Below are positions 28,391-37,804 of a stretch of DNA of 63,440 nucleotides, piece by piece; position 1 is the first letter of the stretch; each line of letters starts with the position of its first letter. Below the pieces are notes generated by a model, which was not told the origin of the DNA, searched no databases, and was given only the letters and a program-made list of their open reading frames with translations. The translations under genes and the position numbers were made by a program. The stretch covers positions 1 through 63,440 of IMG/VR virus record IMGVR_UViG_3300017963_000286; one strand, given 5' to 3'. The DNA is from a virus. Lineage: Duplodnaviria > Caudoviricetes.

Positions 28391-29643
28391 GCGAGTTTCT
28401 CCGCCTTCTGGCCTGTGAACTGTTCAAAGCGAGCGACGATGACAGAAGCATAGTGGGGGTCGAGCTCGATAAGGCGCGCGCGGCGTCCGAGCTGCTCGGA
28501 GGCGATCATCGTGGTGCCTGATCCGCCGAAAAGGTCGAGGACGATCTCGCCAGGAGCGGTGCTGTTTTGGATGCAATAGGCGACCAGCTCGACCGGCTTC
28601 ATCGTCGGATGCTCGCCGTTGCGCGACGGCTTGTCGAATTCGAGGACGGTGCTTTGCTTGCGGTCGCTGTGCCAAGAATGGGCGCCGCCGGGAAGCCACC
28701 CGTAGGCGATCGGTTCATGCCTCCACTGGTAGTCTTGCCGGCCCATCACGAGGCTCGACTTGACCCAGATCAAACACTGCTTCATCAGAAGGCCGGCATC
28801 TCGCAGACCGCCTCGAAAGTTGTAGCCCTCAGAATCGGCATGAGCGACATAGAAGGCAGCGCCGGGGCGCATGACGCGCGCCATGTTGGTAAAGACGGTA
28901 GTCAGGAAGGCCCTGAAGTCGCCGTCGCTCATCTTGTCGTTCATGACGACCAGGCCGTCGGTTCGACGATTGCGAGCAGCTGCCTCCTCAGGCGTCTCCA
29001 TGCCGAGCGCCACGTTGTAGGGAGGGTCGGTCCAAACGCAGTCGGCCTTCTCGCCGGCCATCAGGCGGTCGACGTCCTCGGGCTTGGTGGAGTCGCCGAC
29101 GAGCAATCGATGGCTCCCCAGCTGCCAAAGCTCGCCAGGCTGGCAGCGCGGCTCAGGCTTCTCGGGCACATCGTCAGGATCAGCGTTGCCAGCTGCAGGC
29201 GGCGTGTCGAGCGCCTTCAGGTCAACGTCTAGCAGGCGGAATTCGCTCTTGATCTCGAGCTTCGAGAGGCCGGCCTCGAGTGCGAAAAGCCTTAGACCCT
29301 CGCCGTCAATCTTGCCGTACTGCGAAGCGAGCGCCAAAACCTTTTGCTTGGCCTGCTGTTCGTCGGCCGCAAAGACCTCCACCGCCGGAAACGCGTCCGG
29401 CATCTCGACGCCTTCCTCCGCCATGCGGGTCAACGTCGTGAGGCGCTGATGACCATCCACCAGCTTCCATGCCTGATCGGGCGCCTGCCAGAGATGGAAG
29501 GGGCTCGAGAAGCCGAGCTTGAGCAGCTGCGCTTTGAACGCCTGGTAGTTCTCTTCGGGCAGAGTTTTCAGTCCGCCTTGAAACCGCACCAGATCGCCGA
29601 GCGTCATCGCCTTCGTGCCTGTGCATTCGATCCTGAGCTTCAC
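28387..29643 (-). CDS. ParB-like domain fused to N4-C/N6-A DNA methyltransferase
   Basis: VDGHQRL; PGELWQLGSHRLLVGDST; TDPPY; HPTMKP; DLFGGSG. Confidence 0.92.
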   Translation of the reverse strand: MKLRIECTGTKAMTLGDLVRFQGGLKTLPEENYQAFKAQLLKLGFSSPFHLWQAPDQAWKLVDGHQRLTTLTRMAEEGVEMPDAFPAVEVFAADEQQAKQKVLALASQYGKIDGEGLRLFALEAGLSKLEIKSEFRLLDVDLKALDTPPAAGNADPDDVPEKPEPRCQPGELWQLGSHRLLVGDSTKPEDVDRLMAGEKADCVWTDPPYNVALGMETPEEAAARNRRTDGLVVMNDKMSDGDFRAFLTTVFTNMARVMRPGAAFYVAHADSEGYNFRGGLRDAGLLMKQCLIWVKSSLVMGRQDYQWRHEPIAYGWLPGGAHSWHSDRKQSTVLEFDKPSRNGEHPTMKPVELVAYCIQNSTAPGEIVLDLFGGSGTTMIASEQLGRRARLIELDPHYASVIVARFEQFTGQKAEKLA

Positions 29644-29963
29644 CAGATCACCTCCCCATTACGTACCCAGCCGTGAAACTTGCAGGCGCCGCCCGTCGTG
29701 CAGTTGATCGACGGCTCGACCGTTACGTTTTCAAATCCGCCGCCCTTCAGGCCCGAGGTCAGCCGCCAGTAGGCGCGACTCGGGTAGATCGGCTCGCCCC
29801 AAAACTGAGGCATGATGGCGTGCCCGTCGTCGCACGCGGGGCAGCTGAACATCAGGCCCTCGTCGGTCCAGAGGGGGTCGAGATCCTTGAGCGGTCGACT
29901 ATTCATCCAAACCTCCGCGAACGCGCGTTCGCAATCAGCGGCCTCGTTCATCCATCTCGGCAT
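29640..29963 (-). CDS. DUF6527-like small Cys/His protein
   Basis: FSCPAC..H...TVEPSI...CKFHGWVRNG. Confidence 0.55.
   Translation of the reverse strand: MPRWMNEAADCERAFAEVWMNSRPLKDLDPLWTDEGLMFSCPACDDGHAIMPQFWGEPIYPSRAYWRLTSGLKGGGFENVTVEPSINCTTGGACKFHGWVRNGEVIW
29917..29932. repeat. dispersed palindrome copy GCGAACGCGCGTTCGC (perfect)
   Basis: In CDS (ERAF), about 30 nt after the start. Confidence 0.9.
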
Positions 29964-30267
29964 TCCTGAGGTTTACAGCCGGAACCCATACGGGACTGCA
30001 AGCCTCAAGGAAGACCTGGACCGCTGTCGCCAACACAACAAACGGCAGTAGGAGGCACCAAGCTGGGTAAATCAAGACGAACGCGGCGCTCGACAAAAAC
30101 ACCTTCATAGAAGCACCGCGCCGCAAATTTGGCAGCATAAACCAACGCACCTACGTGTCGCAGTCAAAGGTCATCGCTCCGATCGATTGAAATCGTTTGA
30201 TTATTCTACGATCGGAATGCGAGGAGCGCCAGCCTCAGTCAGATGGGCTTGAGGCTCACGATGACAA

Positions 30268-30846
30268 TCAACCGCCGAGAGCGGCCTTGACCCGCTCGTA
30301 ATCCGCCCGGGTCGCTTCCGCGTCGCCGGCCTGCCAGAAGAAGAAGGCGCCAATCCCGAGAAGCGGATGCCACTCCGGCAACACGATGTGCGCCCAGTCG
30401 GGCAGCTCGTCCGGCTTCCAACAGCACTTGTGAGCCTCTGGATTGGTCGCCGTCTCGTCGACCATCCAGGGATCGAGCGGCGTGAACAGGATCTGCTTTC
30501 TGGAAAACCCCTGCATGCGCTGAAGCAGAATCCTGCCCTCTGGCTTGTGGACGTGCTCGATCCCGTCAAGGCAGAGCGCGACATCATACTGACGGCGCAG
30601 GACCTCGTGGTCGCCGTGGATCACGTCAGCATGGACGAATTCGAGACCAGCAAACTCTGAGACGTAATTGCCGATGTCGACAAAGGTCGAGCGAGCGAAT
30701 GGCAGACGCCGCGTGAGTCGTGCGACGTGCGAAAAGAGGTCGATCATCGACTGTGACTCGAGACCGGGGCCGACGATGGCCCGCACAATATCCAGAAAGC
30801 GCTCATAGGTGCCGGCGCCGCCCTGACGAATGATCATCGCATCCAT
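30268..30846 (-). CDS. class I SAM-dependent methyltransferase-like protein
   Basis: FVDI...HADV...YDVALCLDGIEHV. Confidence 0.65.
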   Translation of the reverse strand: MDAMIIRQGGAGTYERFLDIVRAIVGPGLESQSMIDLFSHVARLTRRLPFARSTFVDIGNYVSEFAGLEFVHADVIHGDHEVLRRQYDVALCLDGIEHVHKPEGRILLQRMQGFSRKQILFTPLDPWMVDETATNPEAHKCCWKPDELPDWAHIVLPEWHPLLGIGAFFFWQAGDAEATRADYERVKAALGG

Positions 30847-31619
30847 GCCTTTTTCTCCTCTGCTCTAGCTGCGATCCAATCGGCCATACGACGCGGGTGA
30901 TGGACTGGAATGGGCGCGAGCTCGGCGCGGTCGATCAGGCGAAACGGGTCATGATGGCCGGTCGCCTTCATGTCGACGCACCTGGGATCGGCCTGCCCCG
31001 GGCCATGGAACCAAGACTGCATGTCGATGCTCTTGTCGAGCAGAGCTTCGAAACGGCGCACCAGGCCATAGTGGAAGATCTGGACCTCATCGACATGATC
31101 CCACGAGACGGCGTCCATTCGAAGAGATTCGGCATCTCCCATGGCCGGGGCGCCGGTGTGCCCGAGTCGGACAGGCATATCGCTGCACGGCTTCTTCGAG
31201 GAGGTCAGGGACACCATATGGTCGAAGTCGCCGAATAGGTTGAATCTACGAACGGCGAATGTCCGGTGCTTCTGGGACGTCATCAGCCGGCGAACCGCCG
31301 CGAAGCTATCCTCATGCAAGACCTCGTCAGCCTGGAGCATGAAGTGCCAGTCGGTCCTCAAGTAGGATCGGGCCTGATTGGCAAGGACCGCCAGGCGCTC
31401 GTGCTTGGGCGCGCAGTCCCAGCGGGCTCCCTCGATCAGCCGCACCTTGGCGCTCGCTGCGGCGATCTGGCGCAGGGCCTCGAGCGTTCCATCGGTGCTC
31501 TCGGCATCAAGGATTACAACCTCATCACATAGATCGATCAAAGACCCGATTGCCTCGCGAAAACAGTAATCAAACGTGTCGACGTTATGCGTGAAGATGC
31601 TGCCTCCTAACCCCGGCAT
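30834..31619 (-). CDS. glycosyltransferase family 2
   Basis: DEVVILDAESTDGT, QADE, HYG. Confidence 0.88.
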   Translation of the reverse strand: MPGLGGSIFTHNVDTFDYCFREAIGSLIDLCDEVVILDAESTDGTLEALRQIAAASAKVRLIEGARWDCAPKHERLAVLANQARSYLRTDWHFMLQADEVLHEDSFAAVRRLMTSQKHRTFAVRRFNLFGDFDHMVSLTSSKKPCSDMPVRLGHTGAPAMGDAESLRMDAVSWDHVDEVQIFHYGLVRRFEALLDKSIDMQSWFHGPGQADPRCVDMKATGHHDPFRLIDRAELAPIPVHHPRRMADWIAARAEEKKAWMR

Positions 31620-31640
31620 CCGGACCTCCTTTTGATTGTG

Positions 31641-32615
31641 TCACGCACGCATAAACTCCATGCCCCACCACACGCCAAACGTGCGGCGCAGGAGGTTGGG
31701 GGTCCATATATCCGTCGATGAGACGCTCGGTCTTCCAGACAACTCTCCCCAAAACCGCCCACTCAAGACATGGCGTGGATGCACGTCTGTATAGCCATCC
31801 CACCAGGGATGGAGGAGCGTCTCGCCATATCGACCACAGACTTTCGCTTCGTGGCAGAACGACGACGAAAGAGAAACGACTCGGTCGACATTGGGATCCG
31901 CGAGCAAGCGATATGGAGTGAACTCGCATCCGTGAATAGATAGCGGAAGACCGATCCCGCGAAGAAGGTCGACGTCCTCTGCGACTGACTCTTTGTCGGC
32001 ATATGGATGAGGCCGATAGATCAGCGCCTTGGCTGACTGCCCGAGGCGCGTTCGGAAGTCAGATAGTCGCGCAAACCGCGCGCCGGAAACCACGGACCTG
32101 TCGCGCCTCGTCTGGCCGACAACGAGCGTGGTGCCGCCTACCGTTGGGAATGCCGGGGTACGGATCGACGCGGCAAGGCACGCTCCCGCTTGCGCCTGGA
32201 TCCATGCCGGATCGGCCGCAGCCCATGCGGGGATCTCTAACAACCCGGACGTTCTGATTCCAAACAAAAGGTCATCGCAGAAACGAATCGGCGAAATTCG
32301 GATATCGACAAGGGGAATGGATCTGCGCCGACAAGTCTCGATGAGTTTTGCGTCCGGCTCGAAAGCGACATAAATGGCATCCTCGCCGTGGCGATCGACC
32401 TGCCAAGCATCGGCGCCAATCCGCTCTGGGAACGACTCGCGAGCAAGCCAGGATCCCTCATCCAAAATGGTCGACTCATCAGACAATAGGACCGGAGTTA
32501 AACCGGCCATTTTGATGTGAGGCTGCACGAGGTGGAATATCACCTCGACGTTGCCGCGCTGTGATAATGGGCGGCGGGTGTCGCCACAAATGACAACCTT
32601 CGTCGACATTTCCAT
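31641..32615 (-). CDS. GT99/KpsC-like (beta-Kdo-transferase-like) glycosyltransferase
   Basis: PIRFCDDLLFGIRT, GQTRRDRS, RPHPY, SSSFCHEA. Confidence 0.65.
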   Translation of the reverse strand: MEMSTKVVICGDTRRPLSQRGNVEVIFHLVQPHIKMAGLTPVLLSDESTILDEGSWLARESFPERIGADAWQVDRHGEDAIYVAFEPDAKLIETCRRRSIPLVDIRISPIRFCDDLLFGIRTSGLLEIPAWAAADPAWIQAQAGACLAASIRTPAFPTVGGTTLVVGQTRRDRSVVSGARFARLSDFRTRLGQSAKALIYRPHPYADKESVAEDVDLLRGIGLPLSIHGCEFTPYRLLADPNVDRVVSLSSSFCHEAKVCGRYGETLLHPWWDGYTDVHPRHVLSGRFWGELSGRPSVSSTDIWTPNLLRRTFGVWWGMEFMRA

Positions 32616-33004
32616 TAAGCCTTGAGGTCGAGCCGAAAGGCTCCCTTGCCCTTGCCGATCTTTTTCAGCGCAGCAAGAACCTCATCGACCTTCTCGGCTG
32701 AGCCCTGGATCGTCAGGTGCCCGGTCTCGGCGCCGGGGAGCGGGTCCTTGGCATCGTCGGCCGGCCAGCTCTGATCGTCAGAGGGGTAATAGGCGCTCAT
32801 CATGATGAAGTCTTTGCGGTGCGGTGTGTAGATCCAACTCCCCCTCCACCCTTGACGGCTCCCGTCGGCGGGGTCGCCCATCCCATACCTCTGCATGAAG
32901 CCGAGCCAGTCATCAAAGCTCTTTGCCTTGAACTCCGTGAAACCCGCGCTCACGGCGCCGGAGGACTCGATCAGCCCAAGGGCCGCTCTAGTCGCCAATC
33001 TCAT
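32615..33004 (-). CDS. hypothetical protein with AALGLIE leader
   Basis: MRLATRAALGLIES; SD AGGAGGAG. Confidence 0.6.
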   Translation of the reverse strand: MRLATRAALGLIESSGAVSAGFTEFKAKSFDDWLGFMQRYGMGDPADGSRQGWRGSWIYTPHRKDFIMMSAYYPSDDQSWPADDAKDPLPGAETGHLTIQGSAEKVDEVLAALKKIGKGKGAFRLDLKA

Positions 33005-33717
33005 ACCATCTCCTCCTGCTCCTGAAGCGACGCAAAACCGTTAATCGTTCGAGAGTCCCACGCTGTGCGCCAATGCGCACGCGCGTTCGCTATATCCTGA
33101 GGAGTCACCGTCATGACCCCCATCGTCTCGCGCAGAGCGAACGGAATCTCGCTGGCCCCCAAAGCGTCTCGATAAACATCCCAGACTAGCTCTGAACAGT
33201 AGAAGGCCCGCCGCTTATGAACGACCTGTCCAATATTCGCGGTCTTCAACCGATCGATCTGAAAAAGATAGTCATATGGACTGCCAACAGCCGCTAGAGC
33301 GGCCTCGGCAGCGCGCTCCATGTCCCGATCTGCGCAAAACAACGGAGTCATAGCGATCACCCGATCCTTCCCGGAGAAAAAAGTAGCTAGATCCGTGATT
33401 CGAACCAGTGGCGATACCGCCTCCACGACACACGGCAAAACCAAGATGTCGCGGCTTCCAGGCATCACGACCCGACGATGGCCGACATAAACCGCCGCGT
33501 GAGTGTACTCGCCGGATATAAGGAGATTGCTGAACTCGCCATTTTTTCTAGTGAGGAGGGGTTGTCCAGGGATGAGGCGACTAATGGCGTGATGATAATG
33601 AATGCCGGTGACGGCGTGATGCGTCCATGGCGCGTGGATCCTGCCAAGAATTCTCGTCACGGGGATCGCGGCATTCAAAATGGAGAGACGGATGTGCGCG
33701 AGCGTCGTCATAGTCAC
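33001..33717 (-). CDS. permuted NlpC/P60 (YiiX/YebB, C92-like) cysteine hydrolase
   Basis: YTHAAVYVG before FYCSELVW; PYD; VTPQDI. Confidence 0.85.
   Translation of the reverse strand: MTMTTLAHIRLSILNAAIPVTRILGRIHAPWTHHAVTGIHYHHAISRLIPGQPLLTRKNGEFSNLLISGEYTHAAVYVGHRRVVMPGSRDILVLPCVVEAVSPLVRITDLATFFSGKDRVIAMTPLFCADRDMERAAEAALAAVGSPYDYLFQIDRLKTANIGQVVHKRRAFYCSELVWDVYRDALGASEIPFALRETMGVMTVTPQDIANARAHWRTAWDSRTINGFASLQEQEEMV
33075..33090. repeat. dispersed palindrome variant GCGCACGCGCGTTCGC
   Basis: One mismatch; about 70 nt upstream of start 33004. Confidence 0.6.
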
Positions 33718-33720
33718 TCC

Positions 33721-34866
33721 TCATGTTCCCGATGGACTAAGTTGTACATAGAACGTCGCAGTCGCGAGCTTCCCATGATTTGCCGTGAGCTCCGAATCCC
33801 CTTCCAAAATAAGCCGGAACACCGTGCCCATCTGACTGTCGATAACAAAAGACTGCAGGTAATTAAACGGCACGACCAACGTCTCTGTTGTTATCTCAGA
33901 GCAAACAGGGATCGTCCCCTTCCCCTCATTCGCTGCATTGATGATATCCGTGAAATTTCGATAGCGAGACCGATGCTGGCCCATAGCCGTCGGTCCATTG
34001 GGCCAAGCACTACCAAAATATGGCTCGGCCCAAGATACGCCGTCATAGGCGGCGACATTCGTGACCTTCGGAGACCCCGTAGTGAACGCGGGATTCGCCC
34101 ATATTTCGAATCGAATGACGTCCGAGAATGCTCCGATGTCGATCGAAAACTGCATTTCTACGTGTTCGACGACGTACTTATAGCCAGCCGGCGGAGTCAA
34201 GATCCACTCGCTGGCGCGCGAAACTTCATTCAGGTGATTGAACGACGCCGTGACCGTGTCGCCGGGGTCGAGGGGGGAGTCGAATGTCACCTTCCCAAGC
34301 AAGTGATCGACAGAAAATCCAGAGGACTGCACAACCCCATTTTTCATGACGATGACGTCAAAGTCGGAATGCTTCGCGAACGATCCGGTCCGAAGCGGAA
34401 TCATGAACTCGTTGTAAAACAGATACGGATGCCGAATGTTTATCCAAGGAGCCAATGCCGAGTATGACTGATGGTCTCCGGAATCGGTGAGTGCTTGATC
34501 TGTAACGCGAACCGATCGCTGATACCATGTCGTCTTGTCAGTCAGAAGAGGCGTGAGTAGTGACATCCCCCGCGTTCCAGGGGCGCCGACCCGCAACGAT
34601 GGCTCCACCATCATCTGACCGCGTGGGTTTTGCGGAAATCTTTGAGGCGAACCTTGAAATCGCAGCCATCCATCAGCCGGGTCCGTGAACGTCGTCGCAC
34701 CGTCATCGAATTGAACCGTTCCGTTTGAGAACCATTCAAACATCTGCGTATCGAGCATTCGATCAGCGGTGTCCGGCGATATGTCGTTGAATCCTGGAGC
34801 GAGGCTGGTTCCACTCGCGATATGCAAGACGTAACCTTCGGTCGTATTTTTTAGTCGTCGAGCCAC
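33721..34866 (-). CDS. putative virion structural protein
   Basis: 381 aa beta-rich (VDHLLGKVTFDSPL...VTASF), within the fibre cluster. Confidence 0.6.
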   Translation of the reverse strand: MARRLKNTTEGYVLHIASGTSLAPGFNDISPDTADRMLDTQMFEWFSNGTVQFDDGATTFTDPADGWLRFQGSPQRFPQNPRGQMMVEPSLRVGAPGTRGMSLLTPLLTDKTTWYQRSVRVTDQALTDSGDHQSYSALAPWINIRHPYLFYNEFMIPLRTGSFAKHSDFDVIVMKNGVVQSSGFSVDHLLGKVTFDSPLDPGDTVTASFNHLNEVSRASEWILTPPAGYKYVVEHVEMQFSIDIGAFSDVIRFEIWANPAFTTGSPKVTNVAAYDGVSWAEPYFGSAWPNGPTAMGQHRSRYRNFTDIINAANEGKGTIPVCSEITTETLVVPFNYLQSFVIDSQMGTVFRLILEGDSELTANHGKLATATFYVQLSPSGT

Positions 34867-34874
34867 GTATTACC

Positions 34875-35444
34875 TCACCTCGGAACTACAAATATCCCAA
34901 CGACCGCGTTCGCTGCCGCACTGTTCGCCGCGCCCGTCTTATAGTAAACCGAAATTTCCTCATCATGATTCAAATCGATAGACAGAATGGCAGTCGCGCT
35001 ATACGAGCCGACGGGAATGGTTATTTCGGCCCCTGGAATATCTGTAAACGTCGCAACCCCAGTTCGGCGCTGAACTTGAAAAACGACCTCTGTGTTTGTG
35101 ACATTCCCGCTGAGTGAAACTGTGATTTTAGTTATTTTGTTTGTGCCGGGAATCAGTTGGCCTGTATTCGAGCTCACCACCGATCCGACCTGCAGATACG
35201 ATCCCGGATTCAACGAGCCAGCTCGAGTAAAGAAAAACGGCGGCGTGACGCCGGATCCACCGCCGACGCCGTACCCGACCTGGGTCCATTCCGTCGCGCC
35301 CGATCCAGTTTTCTGCCATACTCCGCCGCCGTCCTTCATTGCCAGCGAACCCGTTGGCGCGTCCGCGCCGCCCAACGTCGTAGGGTCGGCGTCGACCTCG
35401 ATGACGATGATCTCGTTAACAGTGATTCGCCCCTTCTCGCTCAC
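34875..35444 (-). CDS. putative fibre/decoration protein
   Basis: N-terminus similar to 35933-37246 (TVN..IEV..P...GS.AM...KTGS.T.W). Confidence 0.6.
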   Translation of the reverse strand: MSEKGRITVNEIIVIEVDADPTTLGGADAPTGSLAMKDGGGVWQKTGSGATEWTQVGYGVGGGSGVTPPFFFTRAGSLNPGSYLQVGSVVSSNTGQLIPGTNKITKITVSLSGNVTNTEVVFQVQRRTGVATFTDIPGAEITIPVGSYSATAILSIDLNHDEEISVYYKTGAANSAAANAVVGIFVVPR

Positions 35445-35860
35445 GCCTCGTCCTCAACGATGAATTCGAGGAAGCAAAAATCCTCAGGGGTGAGGAGATC
35501 CAAGGTCTCCAGGTCGATGACCGATATCGGAATCGTTGAGATGCCAACCTTGAGCTCCTGCAGTTCCTTCAGCTTTTGCTTACACTCCTCAGCCTTATCC
35601 TCGCGGAGCTCAACTCCGCGCTTGCCATCGCCAAGGTCGGACATTTTTAGTTTGCCGTCGTCTCCGCGCTCGCCATACTCGGCGATATAGGAGTCTTTGA
35701 TTTCGTTATACTTTGCTAGCTCGGTATCAACGGATCGCTTGACCCCCCGCAGTCTGAAACAGGTCGCGGTCGGAAGTGTCATCGACTTCATCAACTTCGA
35801 CATCGAAGCGCCGAACTGTGGGTGAAGCAATGTTCCAAGACTCATCTCGATTTTTTGCAC
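35441..35860 (-). CDS. putative fibre assembly chaperone
   Basis: Helical charged protein after a fibre gene; GTG start with SD GGAGG. Confidence 0.55.
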   Translation of the reverse strand: MQKIEMSLGTLLHPQFGASMSKLMKSMTLPTATCFRLRGVKRSVDTELAKYNEIKDSYIAEYGERGDDGKLKMSDLGDGKRGVELREDKAEECKQKLKELQELKVGISTIPISVIDLETLDLLTPEDFCFLEFIVEDEA

Positions 35861-35932
35861 TCTCTGTTCCTCCGAAAAGAACGAGCCAGAAGACGAGGCC
35901 GTCCTCTGGCTCGCCGAAAGCATTCAATCCCA

Positions 35933-37246
35933 TTAGTTGAGAGTATAGACCCGGTACGTTACGGTCCAATCAATGTCCTTGTCCGTTTGACCGGCAACAC
36001 GGATTCTGACGTTTGTCGTGTTGATATCATAATCAACAGACCATGGATTATTGTCCTCGTCTGTCCAGTCGGTCTGCGTATTCTTGGGCTGCGTGACCGT
36101 GCCGCCGATGTTGCGGAAGCGCGCGGTGCGCCTATAGCCTGCCGAGTCGCCCGGAGTGCCCGCGACACCGCCCGTCTGACGAGCCAGGACCATCGCTTCG
36201 ATGACGACCTCCGAATCGGTTGGGATCGCAATCGTTGCCAAAGTCGTAGTCGTATTGTCAGTTGTCGATACCTGGGCCTGCAGCTGCTCCCATTGCGCCT
36301 TGGTCGCCGTCGCATCCTGCTGCTTGATGGCTCCGTGGAAGATCGAGCTTCCATCGACATCGAGCATCCGGGTCGGGGTGTTCGTGCCGATTCCGAGACG
36401 CTTGGTGGAGTTGTCCCAGAAGAAATCAGCGTCCGAAATGATGTTGTTGGCGTCCGAGAAGAACGAAACCTGACCCGCGACCCCGGGAGTTCCCGTGGGA
36501 CGAACCACGAACGTCCCCGCGCTGTCCGGAACGCTGATCTCGCGACCGGCTGTCAGCTGAGTCAGGTCGAGCTCAAACTCGAACGCCACGTTTGGAGCAA
36601 GGAAGACCCAGCCGTTACGATCGGCCGACGTCTTGAAATATCCAGTGACAAGTCCGTCCTCTTCGACCTCAAAGCCACTGCCGCCGCCAGATGCTGCCGC
36701 TCCGCCCTTATTCAGCCGGATAAGCTTGTCGGTCACTTCCAGGTTGGTGGTGTTGATCCAAGTGAGAGTCCCGTTGACCGTCAGGTCTCCCTGGATGACG
36801 ACGTCATCGCCAAACGTCTTGTCACCGTTAATCGTCTGGACGCCCTCGGTCAGGACAAAATCGGCCGCAGTGACAGCGTCTCCCGGATTCGGGATACGGT
36901 ACGCGATGTCAGCGGATCGAGTCGGCTGCGCCTCAATAAAGACGTTAATCAGCTGGCTGTTTTGCGTGACTTCGTCATCAACATGATAGCCGTTCGGGCT
37001 CAAATCGTAGATCGGCAGGCGCATGAAGGTGCCCTGACCCACGAGATTGCCGTCTCCGACGGTGACAAACTGCGCCCAGGCCGTGTCGGCTGAGCCGGTC
37101 TTGAGATACATCTTGCCGGTGCCAGAGTCGTCCAGCATCGCGACAGAGCCGATGCTTGACACCGTGCCGCCGCCGGCCCCCGGGGCCGAGCCAACCTCAA
37201 GGATGTCCTTATGGTTGACTGTCTGCAAACCAGTGATCGCCGCCAT
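35933..37246 (-). CDS. tail/head fibre-like protein
   Basis: G/T-rich; QTINGDKTF, GDLTVNGT, DKLIRLNKG, RLGIGTNTP. Confidence 0.8.
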   Translation of the reverse strand: MAAITGLQTVNHKDILEVGSAPGAGGGTVSSIGSVAMLDDSGTGKMYLKTGSADTAWAQFVTVGDGNLVGQGTFMRLPIYDLSPNGYHVDDEVTQNSQLINVFIEAQPTRSADIAYRIPNPGDAVTAADFVLTEGVQTINGDKTFGDDVVIQGDLTVNGTLTWINTTNLEVTDKLIRLNKGGAAASGGGSGFEVEEDGLVTGYFKTSADRNGWVFLAPNVAFEFELDLTQLTAGREISVPDSAGTFVVRPTGTPGVAGQVSFFSDANNIISDADFFWDNSTKRLGIGTNTPTRMLDVDGSSIFHGAIKQQDATATKAQWEQLQAQVSTTDNTTTTLATIAIPTDSEVVIEAMVLARQTGGVAGTPGDSAGYRRTARFRNIGGTVTQPKNTQTDWTDEDNNPWSVDYDINTTNVRIRVAGQTDKDIDWTVTYRVYTLN

Positions 37247-37298
37247 GTGGTCAGCCCTCCTTTAAAACGATTGTCGCATTAATGGGCATGGCCAAAGG

Positions 37299-37706
37299 TC
37301 AAACGTACTTGAGGCTCACGCATCCAGTCCAAGATACGGTGGACGCCGAAGCCGCCTTGACGCGGAACCGAACATTCTCAGCGTTGAGTTGAAAATCGAG
37401 ATCGAACCCTGGGGATGATCGTTCTGTGAATATTGTATGCCATATCCTCTGGATTTGCACATCGCCCCCCTCGCGATAGAACAGGCCGATCCTGCGGAAG
37501 GCGGCGCGCCCCAGACCATCCACGCTGCGACAGATCACGTCTACTTCGACGAGAGCGACCTGGCCGTCGTCGATCGGCACGGTCACGGCATCTGTGAAAG
37601 CGGCCGACATCGTCAGGACATCAAACGCTACGGTCTGCTTGCAGGTCGCCCCGAGCAGGACCGACTCAAGAATTCTAAGCCTTGTTCCTAATGACTCACA
37701 GCTCAA
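37299..37706 (-). CDS. small beta-rich protein resembling the fibre C-terminal domain
   Basis: Similar to the last ~110 aa of 35933-37246. Confidence 0.55.
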   Translation of the reverse strand: MSCESLGTRLRILESVLLGATCKQTVAFDVLTMSAAFTDAVTVPIDDGQVALVEVDVICRSVDGLGRAAFRRIGLFYREGGDVQIQRIWHTIFTERSSPGFDLDFQLNAENVRFRVKAASASTVSWTGCVSLKYV

Positions 37707-37804
37707 TTGGCGCCCCTGGAACGCAGGCCGGGCAGGCGCCCACTGCGCGAGATCGGGTCAAAGATCAGTGGCCGATTCAGATTTGTCCCAGGATACCACC
37801 GATC

